DNA from: the human T2T-CHM13v2.0 reference genome, Homo sapiens
Reading direction: 5' to 3' (one strand)
NCBI RefSeq assembly: GCF_009914755.1
Contig: NC_060925.1
DNA: 64,000 bases
Positions 27,809 to 39,869 of this stretch are shown one piece after another (the first letter of the stretch is position 1; every line of letters begins with the position of its first letter). Below the pieces are notes generated by a model, which saw only the letters and a list, made by a program, of their open reading frames with translations, ran no database searches and was not told where the DNA came from. The translations under genes and the position numbers were made by a program.

Positions 27809-30596
27809 GTCTCTTCTGTTTTGATAATGGCCCTGCCTTAAGGCTAATGTCTGGGGGTAAACCAGGCACACACATTCAGATCTGATCATCCCTGCAGGCT
27901 TTGAATGACTACTGGAACACCAGTGAGGAGGCCTGGTTCCACCCTGTCCTCATTAGCTGTGTGACCATGTGCAAATTGCCTGACCTCTCAATCTCAGTTT
28001 CCCAACCAGCAAAATGAAGGGGTTGGAATATATGGCCTCTAAGGCCTCTTACAGCTTGGGGCACATTCTCCCAGACCCTCTGGACTTCTGCCCAGACCTA
28101 GTCTTGAGAACCAGTGTGGGACAGTGGAGAGGACACGGCTCATCAGAATAGATATGGGTTGCATCCTAGGTACCTGATGGCCTAGCACAGCATCAGACAC
28201 GACCAGAGGTGGTTTCCTGCCTGCTTCCCTTGCCAGCACAGTCATTACTATCTGATTCCTCAATGCAGGGCTGAGGCTGAAAAGCTGAGATGTGCCCCAA
28301 GATTGCCCTATACCCTTCTTCCTGTGCCCCATCTTCCCAAAGTGACTTCCTCTGGTTCTCCAACAAGCTCAGGGAATCTATCCCACTGAAGCTTCCAGGC
28401 TCAGGACCCTGACAGGTAGTTGTGCCTAACCTGAAAGTTTATAGAAGCATCCAACCTGGGCAGCTGGGCTGGTGAGAGGGAGTGTGTGTGACCTTTTCAC
28501 TTTTGTCTCCAGGATTTTAATCTCCGGTGTTATAACACCTGGGTCAACATCTTGGAAATTTATTTCTGTACTGCCAGCTAAGGAAGCTGCACATATTTCT
28601 GTCTCAATGAAAAAACCAACAGGGCCCTGCTACCTCGTCTGAAGCTCTAAGCTCCTCAGCAGAGGTGCAGCGCAGGGGCTTCGTGCACAGGGTGCTAATG
28701 GTCAGTTGACTTAGGGCCACCACACTGGTAGGTAAATGACTCCTCCTTACCTTACTCCTCCTCCTGAAGGCAGTGGGGTGGGCAGAAATGCTGCTTCAAG
28801 CACCACCATGCAGAGGGGGCTGGGCAGAGGGCATGGGAGTGTCTGACCACTGGACAAATGACATGGCTTAGGACTTCAATCATGCAGGAATTCAGGAGTT
28901 GTTCCTCCAATGTGCCCACGGGCCAGGACCACCAGCACAACCCTAACTAGGACTCGCAGTCACAAGCAGATGGCTCATGGCAGCACAGGCCACAGAGAGT
29001 TGTGCATTGCACTCTACTGCCCTCCAACTATTCATTCATATCCACTCCACATTCATCAAGCACCTGCGTGCCAGGCACTGAGTGTGAGACCTCAGAAGCA
29101 AAGGTGAACAACATGAGCAGCCTCTCTCTGAAGAGTTTCTAGCCTGGAAGGGGAAATTATGGACACACGAACAAATAATTATGATAATGTGCACTAAATG
29201 CTGTAATACAGCTATAAAGTGGTCTCTGAGCAATAAATATGATGCTCAGGGACCACAGGAGATTCTGGAGAACATTACACCCTATAGAACACTGTTGAGA
29301 GAAGCAGAGATGGAGCTTCATCAGGCCTGCACAGGTCATCCAAAAGCATTTCTAGCTCACACCTTAGTCAGTGAAGTTTTTATTTGTTAACATGTGTAGG
29401 AGACCAAGCCACAGGCTGCAAGCTTGGGCTCAGGGGTTGTCCAATGGAACAGCAGGGCAGAGCCATCCCAGCACAATGGCCAAAGGTCCCTCATACTTAG
29501 AAAATGCCTCCCTACCAGGACTTTGTCAGCCTGAAGGGCCAGGGCAAGGGTGCCCTTGGATGGTCTTAGTTTAGGAGGAGCAGAGGTCAGGGCTGCCGTA
29601 GCTCAGGGCTATTTCAGGACACTTAAGACATAACAGACTGGCTTGTCTTCCCTCCAGACACTGGCTGCCTTGCATCTGACTCTTTAATTTCCCTGGAGAG
29701 GAAAACATATTGCTTCTGGCTATGACCCTGAGAGGGACAAGAGCATCCTCCTTTCTGATTGCTGTCTCCTACCTGGGAGGGAAGCCAGACCCTGCATGTG
29801 TATCCACTCTGTAAGTGAACACTTCTGAGACAGGGATCTGTGGAGCCAGCCCAGGAGTCTTCAAATGAAGGCCTTTGCTGCTCTCATCTCCACCTTGTGG
29901 GCAACCCGACCTATCCAGGGACTAGCACTAAAAGTTTGGGTGATGCTTCAGACCTCACCTCAAATGCCCCTTTGACCTCTGTGGTCAGCTGACTGCCAGG
30001 GTACCAGGGAGGACAAAGAAGAAGCTGGCTGGCCTCACTCCCCACACCTAGGCTGCCCATGGCCCTTGTTGCTGGCGCAGGCTGCCCTGGCATTCAGCAA
30101 CCCCAGAATGTGTGTCCATGTTGTGCCAGGTACTATGAGATGTATTGAACAAGAGCATTTGCTGTACGTGGGTTAACTCATTTCATTTTCACAAGACTGT
30201 TTCTGCTGTACATATGAGCACTAAGGGGTTATGGGACTTGCTCAAGGTCACCCAAGCTAGCAAGTGGCTGGGCTAGGATTTGAACCCTACGAATATGATT
30301 TTAGAGCCCAAGTTCTTACCTACTGCATCATTCTCACTTGAATTCCTCATTTAACTTTGGAAGCATCACAGTGTCCTTTTAAAATAGCAGTTTTAGTGGT
30401 TAACAGAGCAGGTTCTGGAGTCAGACACAAGGAGACCTGGGTTCTAACTGTGTGATTTTGGAAAGGTCACTTAATCTCTCTGGGGCTCGGTTTCTTCATC
30501 TGTAAAATGGAACAAGAACACCTGCCTTCAAGGAGGTAAAGATGGAATAATGTACTCAGCACACTGAAGCTCTCATGGGCAGTTAGTTATGTACTT

Positions 30597-30637
30597 TCTT
30601 CTCTTGTCACAAGTCCAGTGTTTGTGACAAGAGAAGA
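30597..30637. repeat. Perfect 16-bp inverted repeat with 9-nt loop
   Basis: tcttctcttgtcacaa (30597-30612) - gtccagtgt - ttgtgacaagagaaga (30622-30637). Confidence 0.95.
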
Positions 30638-31048
30638 GTGCCTGCCCATGTGGTTTATCAGGCCCTCCTATTGAAAGCTGGGGTGTGGTGGTTAATGGGT
30701 CTGGCTCTGATGTAACTCGAAAAAAGACCAACCCCCCAACATGAGATTAAAGGATGGGCTTCCAGGGACTGTGCACAGGGGCTAGGCATCCTTCCCCCGA
30801 CACCATCCTCTTTCCCAGCCTTAGTATCCTCCCCCTCCCCACTGATCACAAAAATGCCTTATTTGCCCAATTATTATACATACTAATCATTTCCATTTAT
30901 ATGCCTAGCTTACCATTTATTCCTAATTATTGTGCAGTTCAGAAACAATTATGCATACCATTAAGGATGTTATCAGGGTAACTTTGCAGTGAATTTTACT
31001 TAACTTCAATACTAAATGGTTTGTGTGTGATTCACTCCACAGTTTGTG

Positions 31049-31139
31049 GTTCCCGTGGCATAAGAGCTCCTTCAACTGAGTTGGGGGACATTAGTTTCCA
31101 TGGCATAAGATCTCCTTAAACTGAGTTGGGGGACATTAG
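31049..31139 (+). repeat. 45-bp tandem duplication (2 copies)
   Basis: gttcccgtggcataagagctccttcaactgagttgggggacatta / gtttccatggcataagatctccttaaactgagttgggggacatta, 41/45 identical. Confidence 0.95.
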
Positions 31140-32759
31140 GGTAGGCCACACTGCACTGTGATGGTACATAAGAACAACTGTGGGAGTAGCAGCAGCAGTA
31201 GTAATAGCTGCAATTCCTTGAGCGATTATGTACTGGACACTTCAGCATTTCTATACATGATATCATTTGAACTCCATAGCCAACCTCTTATTAAAGATGA
31301 GGTGAGGCACAGTGGTTAAGTAATGCATCCAAGGTCACCCAGATGGGAACTGGCAGGCCTGGGGTTCAAATCCAGGTATGTCTGAGTCCTGAGCCTGACC
31401 TCCATCACCTCACAGGTGCCTGTCCCGTAGAAGGGTGCAAGGTGAGCCCTGGTGGTGGCAGGGAGGGGCTTGGAGGCCATCCAGTCCATTCCCCTTGTTC
31501 TCACGGTAGAACACTGAGGCTAGAGTGGGGAAGTGGCTTGCCCAGGCCTGCAGGGCCAGGTGAGGACAGACCGGGATAAAGCCCTGCTTCTCTCAATGCC
31601 TGGCTTCCCCTTCAGCACTTTAGGAGGCAGCTGTACTGGGGACAGAGGCAGCATCTCTGAATTCTTGTTCATCGCTCGGGGCTGACGCAGGCAGCTGCGC
31701 GCACCTCACTGCTAGATCGTCAGCCTGGTCAAGAACAGCAGTTTGCTCTAATTCTTGAAAGCTGACCTGCTTTAGGAAGTGCTCCCTTTGGAAGATGCCT
31801 GGTCTCTTCCCCTTCTGTCCTTTTTTCTTTTTTTTCTAAACATGCATCTCCTTTCACTCCTTCATTTATCTTCCCTCAAAAGGCAACTGCTAGCATTAAC
31901 TGAGTACTTACTAGGGGCTGATTATGCTGCTAAGTGCTTTATGTCTATTTTTCCACTGAATCCTCACAATACTTCTGTGAGGTAGGAACCACCATTATCT
32001 CCCCATTTGCTAGCTAAGGACTCTGAGGCCCAGAGACATTAAATATGGGCCCTGAGTCACACAGCTGGGAATGTCAGAGCACAGATTTAGAGCCAACAGA
32101 TTTAGGACCAACGAGATGGGGCTGCCCCCCAGTGGGGGCTATGGGGTGCCCACAGGCTGAGGAGGCTGTGAGGAGCAGGGCTCCCTCTTACCACAGAAGC
32201 CTGCAGACTCTGTTCTCACTCCAAGGCCTGGTATCTAGGCCTCAGTGTTCACACCCATAGGTGGAGGAGGGCACATCATTTTCTCATCCACTTTTGGAGA
32301 CCCCTTCCTGAATGGGCATGCCTCCCTCTTTTTGGCTATAAGCCACTGAGTTAGAGAACAGGATGGAGAATGTGATTGACAGCCCATGTCCTCCTGTGTA
32401 GCTGACTGCATTACAGGTGAAAGGGCAAGTCACTACTTCCCACGTGTGCAGAGGGAGAGAACCCTGGGGTGGACTTTCCAGGATGAAATGTGAGTGACAA
32501 TGCTTATATGCATTTCTCTCTTTCTTCTCTTTGCCTTCTCTTCCTCCCTCTTTCCTCCTTCCTTTTCCATTCATCCAACAAGCATTCACTGAGTCCTCAC
32601 TCCATGCTGGGCACTGTGCTAGGCACCAGAGATGCAAAGAACAGCCCTGCCCTAGGGGACAAGCACTCATCAGAAAAGTGGGCCAGAAATCACAGTGGTG
32701 TTGTAAACATGACAGCAGGAGGGTGAGGCCAAGCCAGGGCTCACTCCTCTTCCCTCTCC

Positions 32760-33160
32760 ACAGCACTCCTCAGGCATCCCAGGCCTGCTCCTGCCGGCCT
32801 GTCTGCTCCCCATGTCTGGGACGTTCCTCTTCCCAGACACAGGAGTGGCTCACTCCCTCAGCATTTTGAGGTCACTGCTCACCTCTCCCAGGGCCTCCCC
32901 TACCCACTGCCTGGACCTACCAGGCCCCTGCCACTCTCCATGCTCTAGCCCTGCTCTAGTTTTCTCCATAGCGCACTTACCACCACTGACTTTTTAATTT
33001 TTTTTTTTAGCTAACGTATCTCTAGGTTATTAACTCCCATTAGAATATAAGTTCCATGAGGGTAGGAATTTTATTCTACTTTGCTCACTGCTGTATCACC
33101 AAATGATTAGAACAGTGTCTGTCGCATAGGAGCTCGACAAATACTTGTTAAATGAATGAG
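32760..33160 (+). mobile_element. L2 3' fragment (an oppositely oriented L2 end lies at ~32570-32720)
   Basis: tagaatataagttccatgagggtaggaat...gctcactgctgtatcacc...aaatacttgttaaatgaatga. Confidence 0.8.
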
Positions 33161-35949
33161 TGGCATAGAGGTCATGGTGCACTAGAAAGTGAACGGGCCC
33201 TGGAGTGAAGCTCACCTACTCCCCGGGAAGCTCAGCTTCTCGGAGTCTCAGCTGATGGGATACCTGCTTTTAAAGATCTCCAAGTCCCTTCTTACCTTCC
33301 CACAAAAAACGCAGATCATGGCCCATGCCTGCTGTTCCACCTCAGTGGAAAGCAGCGGGAATGAAGCTCAAGCAAAGACCAGGGGTGGGGCCTGGCTGTG
33401 GAGCCCACTCCTAAGTGGCTTCAGACGGCATCACGCAATTGGTGTGGAGACAAATTCACCCCCGACTGCATTTGCATATGTTGAGGTTAAGATGAACTTT
33501 CACTCTCTGGGCACAACACACAAGCAGGGAGCCCCAAAACTGAGTGAACAGTGGCAGGGGCAGCCAGGAACGAAGAAGCTGCTGTGAAGGCAACTCCTGA
33601 GTTTTCAGAAAGGGAGGCAGTCTAGCTCACAGGAGACCTCAGGGTCCTGGTCCCAGGACCTTGCCACATAGATCTCACGCACTCCCTACACAGCCCTTCC
33701 TGGGAGCAGTGTCACTGTGGGATGTGACAGAATCCCACCTCCTGCCCCTGCCTTCCAGTGTTCGGGATGAAAAGGCCACACAGCCTGGGATCAGGGAGGA
33801 AATACCTGCTCTGCAGACATGACTGTTTCACAGATGAGATAACAAGCCTGTGATGGCATCAAGGTTAATAGAGCCTCCTGCAAACTTGGAATCCAAACGG
33901 CTCTGGCAGCTGCATTAAAACCTGAACAGTTTTTCCTGGGGATTTTTCTGATTAATGCAAATTTGTTTTGCTTCGCAAATTGGAAATCAGTTGCAAGCAC
34001 CTGGTGTAATAATTCCAAGAGGGAACTGAGAACCCTAAGGAGAAATCAGGTATTCTCACACCAACCAGCCCACGCCCAGACCTTGCCTGCCTTGTCCCAC
34101 CTCTGGTACCTGGGCACCAGGTCACCACCTCGGTTCTCTGCTGCGTTCTGCCCCCCACAACCCCCACTGCTCAGTAAACTATTCTCTATTGAGCACCACT
34201 GGCTGACTTTACCCAAGTGGTTTCCAGATGCTGGGACTCCCAGCCTCCCGCTTCCCCAGCCATGGAGGGTGGTAGGTACAATCAGGGAAGTCATTCAAGC
34301 CTTCTGTAAGAAGCCTGCCTTGGCATCTCCTGGGGGGACATCATTATCATCAGTGGCACTATCGAGTGGCACTGTTTCATCTTTCAGCAAAGGAACTGAC
34401 AGAAAACCTGGAGATGCACCTCCTAATCGAAACTGTTCCTTTTTTAAGTTCTTGTCCCAACTACCCAGTTGCTTCTCACCTCTGAGTAAGCACCTTCTCC
34501 CATAGTACCAGAAAGTGGAGTGAACTACTGGGGGCTCCCAGAAAAAAGTGTGTGAAGAGGACGCTGCAGGGATCCCACGACTGCCTCTCCCATCCTGCTT
34601 GTGCCTTTCTACCTGTCAAAGCAGTGCTCCTGGAGCTGCAGAGCTGAGTGGACAGGAACACCCTTTGGCTGCCTGTCCCCTCCCCCAGCAGACGCACATT
34701 GTTCATTCAGCTCCAAGATAAGTTGGGAGGGATGGCAGTTATGAACGGGCCCCATCATGCTCCCCCTTCCTTTGCTACGCAATTTAAAGGCAGGAGACAG
34801 AGAAACGCTCTGGAAATCCAAATTAAAATGTATTCCTGCAGCAATCCTGCACCCAATTAAAGTAACCCAGGGCCCATTGTCCTTTGCTAAATTTAGAAAA
34901 TGCTCAGGTGTGTCTGATCCTACTCTGCACAGATATTTTTAATACAGATTTAATCATATTTTGGGTTAGGAGAAGAAGCTAATTAGGTAGGCAGATTTAG
35001 AAGGGCTGCTGGAATGCGGGACAAAGCGAGGTGATTTGATGCAATTCACTGTTTTCGGTTTTTGTTTTTTTTTTTTCTAAGCAGTAAGTTGTGTTCAAAG
35101 TCACAGAAAATTGGCTTGAAAACTGAGGTGACAAGGAACAGGAGGGCATCCCTGTGTTAGTAGTTGATAAATCCTGGGGCTGGAGGGAACCCCAAAAGGG
35201 GGTCTCATATACTGCACAGAGTGCTGAACTCCAGCACACCCAAAGGCAGAGGGCCTTCGCCGTTTAATGTGACACCAGAACTGGCGTCTTCATCCGTGGC
35301 TGGGAAAGCATTCATTCAGGTTCTCTCTGCAGGAAGGCACAAGGTGTTCCTCAATGAATGCTGGTTGGATGGATAACTGAATCAGTGTCTGAGCAGTAGA
35401 CCAAGAAGCCAGCCAGCCCCTGGACCTGGGTAAGGGGCTTCTGGTTCCTGTCCACCTGGCCCCAGGGCACTTGCCTGCCTCTGGTCCTTGATTCTTGGCT
35501 AGGTGCCACCCCCAACCCCCTTCTCAGTAACCATCTCCATAAAGCACCACTGGCTGCACCCAAGTGTAGAAAAAAAAAAAGGCATCTTGGCTTAACCCTG
35601 TGCTGAATCATCATGTAATTGAGTAAATGACTTAAAAGCCCCTCTGAGTCTCAGTTTCTCCTCCAGCAACATGGGGATTCTGGTTTCTATCTTCATTATA
35701 AGGATGGCAAAGATACAGTGAGACTTAACCGTGACATGCTGGAAATGCCAGGAAGGGAGGCCACTGGAGGGCACACACCCAGGTAGCTCAGTTCTGCAGG
35801 TGAAAAAGGTTGCGATGCTACAAGGTCATTCTGTTTTAAACCAAACTGTGTGCTGGGGAGAGGTGGGTTCTTTATCCAGCCCCATCCCACGACACCCCTG
35901 TCTTTGTGATGAAGGAAGCTGATCCACAGCACATCCAGCACATTGTCTG

Positions 35950-36320
35950 CTGAACAAGTTAGGTTACAAAGGAAAGCACAGAAGAGTGTCTACAGTATAC
36001 TCTGCCTCGTATGAGAAGGAGAGGGATGTAAGAAAGCACACAGGCATCTTGCTCATCTGTGCAAAAGAATGGAGGAAAGATAAACCAGAAACTTAAGAGA
36101 CTGGCTATCTACAAGAGGTAGGTGGGAAAGAGGTGAGAAGGAAGGAGGAATGGGAACTGGGAGAAGAGATGAGGAGGGTGGGACACTTCTGATAATACCT
36201 TCTTGTACTGTTTTGATTCTGAAAAGCTCAGTAACGTTTCACATGGCCTTCATACACCCAAAATAAACAAATGAAACCAACAGGATGTGGAAGGAGTCTC
36301 CCACCCACCCCCTAAAAAAC
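35950..36320 (+). mobile_element. Old L1 3'UTR fragment (L1MC-like)
   Basis: cagaagagtgtctacagtat...ggaaagataaaccagaaac...gacacttctg...gttttgatt. Confidence 0.6.
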
Positions 36321-36816
36321 CTGTAGAGTTCCCCCTGAGAGCAGACTCTGTCTTCCTCAAGGAAAAGGTCCCACAGAAAGGAGAGCCCATAGCTTTCCTA
36401 GTGTAGTCGCTGAAAGCAAAGATTCTAGAGCCTGGGTTCAAATCCTAGCATATCATTTACAGGCTGCGTGTGATTTTGAATAAGTTGCTTAACCTCTCTG
36501 GGTTTCCATTTCCTCATCTGTAAAATGGAGTAAGACGGTAACTACTTCACATAGCCATTATGGGGAGCTTGTAAGTCAGCACAAAACGAAGGCTTAGGGC
36601 AGCATCGGCATAGTGCTGCGTAAGTGCTTGCTAGCATGATTATCATTATTTTAGGGTTTGATGTTTTGGGCAGTTGCAGAGACTCATCTTCTGTGCCATG
36701 AGATAATAGCTCCCTTTTCCCACTAGGACATCCCTTAAGATTAGGAATGGGCCAGACTGACATGGAACTTTCCAGTGGCGGTCTCACCATGGTGGCAAAT
36801 GCCCCTGCTCCGAGAC

Positions 36817-37224
36817 TGTATTAGTTTCCCATTGCAGCTCTTACAAATGCAAACGTAGTGTCTTCAGCACCACCAACGTATACAGTTCTGGAGATAACAG
36901 GTCTGCAATGGGCCTCCCTGGGTTAGCCCTTGGCTTGTGGCCCCTCTCCTCCATCTTCAAAGCCAGCCGCAGCAGGCCGAGTCCTTCTCAGATTGCACCA
37001 CTCTGACCTCTCCTCTTGCCTGCCTCTTCCACCTTAAAGACCCTTGTGATTACACTGGGCCCACCTGGATAACCCAGGAAACTCTCCCTTTCTTAAGGTC
37101 AGCTGACTAGCAACCTTAATACCACCTGCTGCCTTAATTACCCTATGTCAGAAAAGGTAACATATCCACGGGAGCAGGGGATGAGAGTTTGGGCACCACT
37201 GGGGGCTTTATTCTGCCTCCCACA
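36817..37224 (-). mobile_element. MLT1B/C-like MaLR solo LTR
   Basis: tgtattagtttcc...cttgtgattacactgggcccacctggataa...aaggtcagctgactagcaaccttaat...ttattctgcctcccaca. Confidence 0.85.
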
Positions 37225-37297
37225 AGGGCCAGCTCTTAACCAGCTCCACCCTCTTCACTTGTGCTAAGGGCTGGGTCTCTTGGGTTTTGTTGGTTTG

Positions 37298-37598
37298 TTT
37301 TTACCATTTTTTAAGCTTACAATGCAGTGGCATTAAGTGCATTCACACTGCAGTGCAGCCATCACCACTATCCATCTTCAGAACTTTTTCATCTTCCTCC
37401 ACTGAAACTCTGTACCCATTAAACATTAACTCCCTATTCCTCTGCACTCAGCTCCTGGCAGCCACCATTCTACTTTCTGACTCTAAGAATCTGACTACTC
37501 TAGATACCTCATATAAATGGAATCATACAGTTTGTCTTTTTGTGACTTGTTTATTTCACCCAGCACTGTCCTCAAAGTTCACACATACTATAGCATGT
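37298..37598 (-). mobile_element. L1MB-type 3' end fragment
   Basis: gtggcattaagtgcattcaca...ccatcaccactatccatc...gaaactctgtacccattaaac...tagatacctcatataaatggaatcataca. Confidence 0.88.
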
Positions 37599-37859
37599 TG
37601 GTTTCTTGTTTTGCAACAACTCCGTGCTACTGATTCTGCTCATCTACCCAAAAGCTGGCCCTGCAGGAAGTCCCCACTAGAAATTGCATTTTAGGCTAAA
37701 AGTTTGCCAACAGGTGGCCTGGAGATTTAAAAAGAACAGAGTGTGATCTGATATGGTGGTATGCATTGCTCTGGGGTCTCGGAGCACTGGGTTCCAGTCC
37801 AGACCCAGCCATCTATTAGCTGCTTGACTTTCATTCATCAGCAAACATTTATAGAGTAC

Positions 37860-38219
37860 TGACATGGTTTGGCTGTGCCTCCACCCAAAATCTCATCTTA
37901 AATTGTAATCCCCATAATCCCCATGTGTCAAGGGTGGGACCAGGTGGAAGTAATCAGATTATGGGGGCGGTTTCCCCCATGCTGCTCTCGTGATAGTGAG
38001 TTCTCATGAGATCTGATGGTTTTGTAAGCATCTGGCATTTCCCCTATTGGCACTCATTCTCTCTCCTGCCACCCTGTCAAGAGGTGCCTTCTGCCATGAC
38101 TGTAAGTTTCCTGAGGCCTCCCCAGTCATGTGGAACTGTGAGTCAATTAAGCCTCTTTTCTTTATAAATTACCCAGTCTCTGGTATTTCTTCATGGCAGC
38201 CTGAGGTTGGATTAATACA
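37860..38219 (+). mobile_element. THE1 (THE1C-like) MaLR solo LTR
   Basis: TG...CA termini (tgacatggtttggctgtg ... attaataca), 360 bp, perfect 5-bp TSD agtac at 37855-37859 and 38220-38224. Confidence 0.96.
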
Positions 38220-39627
38220 AGTACCAACAACTCACCAGTCACTGTGCGAGGCATATGAAGCACAGAAACTGCTTAGCACAGCCCCAGTCACTTAGTAAGT
38301 ACTTTGTGAGTGTTAGCTTATAAAGGAGGTCAGGGGCAGAGTCCAGAGAAAAACTTACCCCTACCATTCCACATTGAGTGTCCTGTTAGGAGCCTCAGTC
38401 TGAATCCTGGCAGAAGAGCATTCACGAAATTATTGCAGCATCTCTTAAGATGTCAGGGGAGGCTGCTCTGGGGAGGGGCCTCTAAAGGGGCTCTAAATGG
38501 AGCTGGAGAGGCATCCAAGAAGCAGGACCAAATCAAGAGTGGCATGCATGTGGGAAAGCAGGCAGGGAGGCCAAGCTCCACCTTTCAAAGCTGATGGGTT
38601 TTCCTGATCCTCATCTTAAATCTCCTCCAGGAAGCTTTCCATAATTAAACCCACAGAATTCTAGTGACTTTCACTAGACATCTCCTCCACATTTCCCTAC
38701 ACTGTCTGTACTTAATCAATTTGCACTTGTTTATCAGTCATGGCACAAAAGCACTTCAGTAATCTGGATTAAAGTACTTGATCTGTCTACACTGCCCAAG
38801 ACTTTAAAAACAATCCCAACCCTTCCCCAACCTAGATACCGTGCTATAGGCAGGAGGCACAGATCAAGCATCTGTTGACAGAAGCAAATTGAAGGAGAAA
38901 AAATGACAACTCCTGGACCCATCCCACTAGCTAAGTGCTTACTCTCTCCCTCCCAAAGGCCCTGGGGAAGGTGGTGCGGGGGCTCAGCAGGTCAGTTTGT
39001 GGCAGCCGAGCTTCTCCCCGTGTGGTTCTGGGTAGGTCACTCCAAGTCGCCAGGTTGCTGTCTCCTCACCTGTAAAAGTGGGAGGTGGGAGGCAGGGTTG
39101 GGGTGGAGGCTTCAGCTGAAAGGCCTGCCCAAGAGAGCAGACTCCCTCCCATCCTCCAGACACTCCAGACACCCCAGCCCCCAGCCCATTCCATCTCTGG
39201 CCTCATGACAAGACATCTGAGTCAAAGGCACAGACTCATCAGACGTGGGGCTCAGCCCAAGCAGTTTTCACATCTCTCAAAAACTCTTGCTTGCTAAGGA
39301 ATCAGGGCAGCTGATGACCAATAGGATCAGAGAAACCAGAGCTAGGAGATGCTGGCCACAGCAAGCACCTCAGCCCCAGACATAGAAGGCCCAGGTGAAA
39401 GCGGTTGTCTAAATTAATCCACGGGGAATTTGTAAATTAATCCCAGACCAGCGCCCTGCCAGACTCGTGTATGTTCTGGAAAAGCCATTATCATTCTTAG
39501 AAAAAGGAGTGTAAATCTGCCACCAAGTAGGCATGTGAGTGTGTGCATGCATGTTTGGTATGTTTGTGCATGTGTGTGCGTACTCTGAATCTGGGTGTGG
39601 ACAGTGCAGGCAGTGAAGCAAATAATG

Positions 39628-39869
39628 GGGCAGTTGCATGCACAGCCTCTAGAGTCTGGGTCTGTATCCTGGTTTGGTCATCTAGCAGTTCGGTGAATTT
39701 GGGCAAGTGCTATAAACTGCTTATACCTCAGTTTCCTCACCCATAAAATGGAGATACTAATAGTATCTAAGTCATGTGAGACTGCTGTGATTATTAAACA
39801 AGTTAATACAGATAGAGCACTTACATTAATGCCTGGCATGTGGTTGGCACTCAACAACTATTAGCTATT
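39628..39869 (+). mobile_element. MIR SINE
   Basis: ttgggcaagtg...cctcagtttcctcacccataaaatggagata...gcctggcatgtggttggcactcaa. Confidence 0.85.

Noticed and set aside
28490-28737. Strong-looking splice acceptor (ccttttcacttttgtctccAG, 28512) with a possible donor near 28731
   Set aside because: No recognisable coding frame and no partner exons. A non-coding exon cannot be supported without transcript data.
31049-31139. CRISPR-like repeat
   Set aside because: Two abutting copies, no spacers, eukaryotic context and no cas genes.
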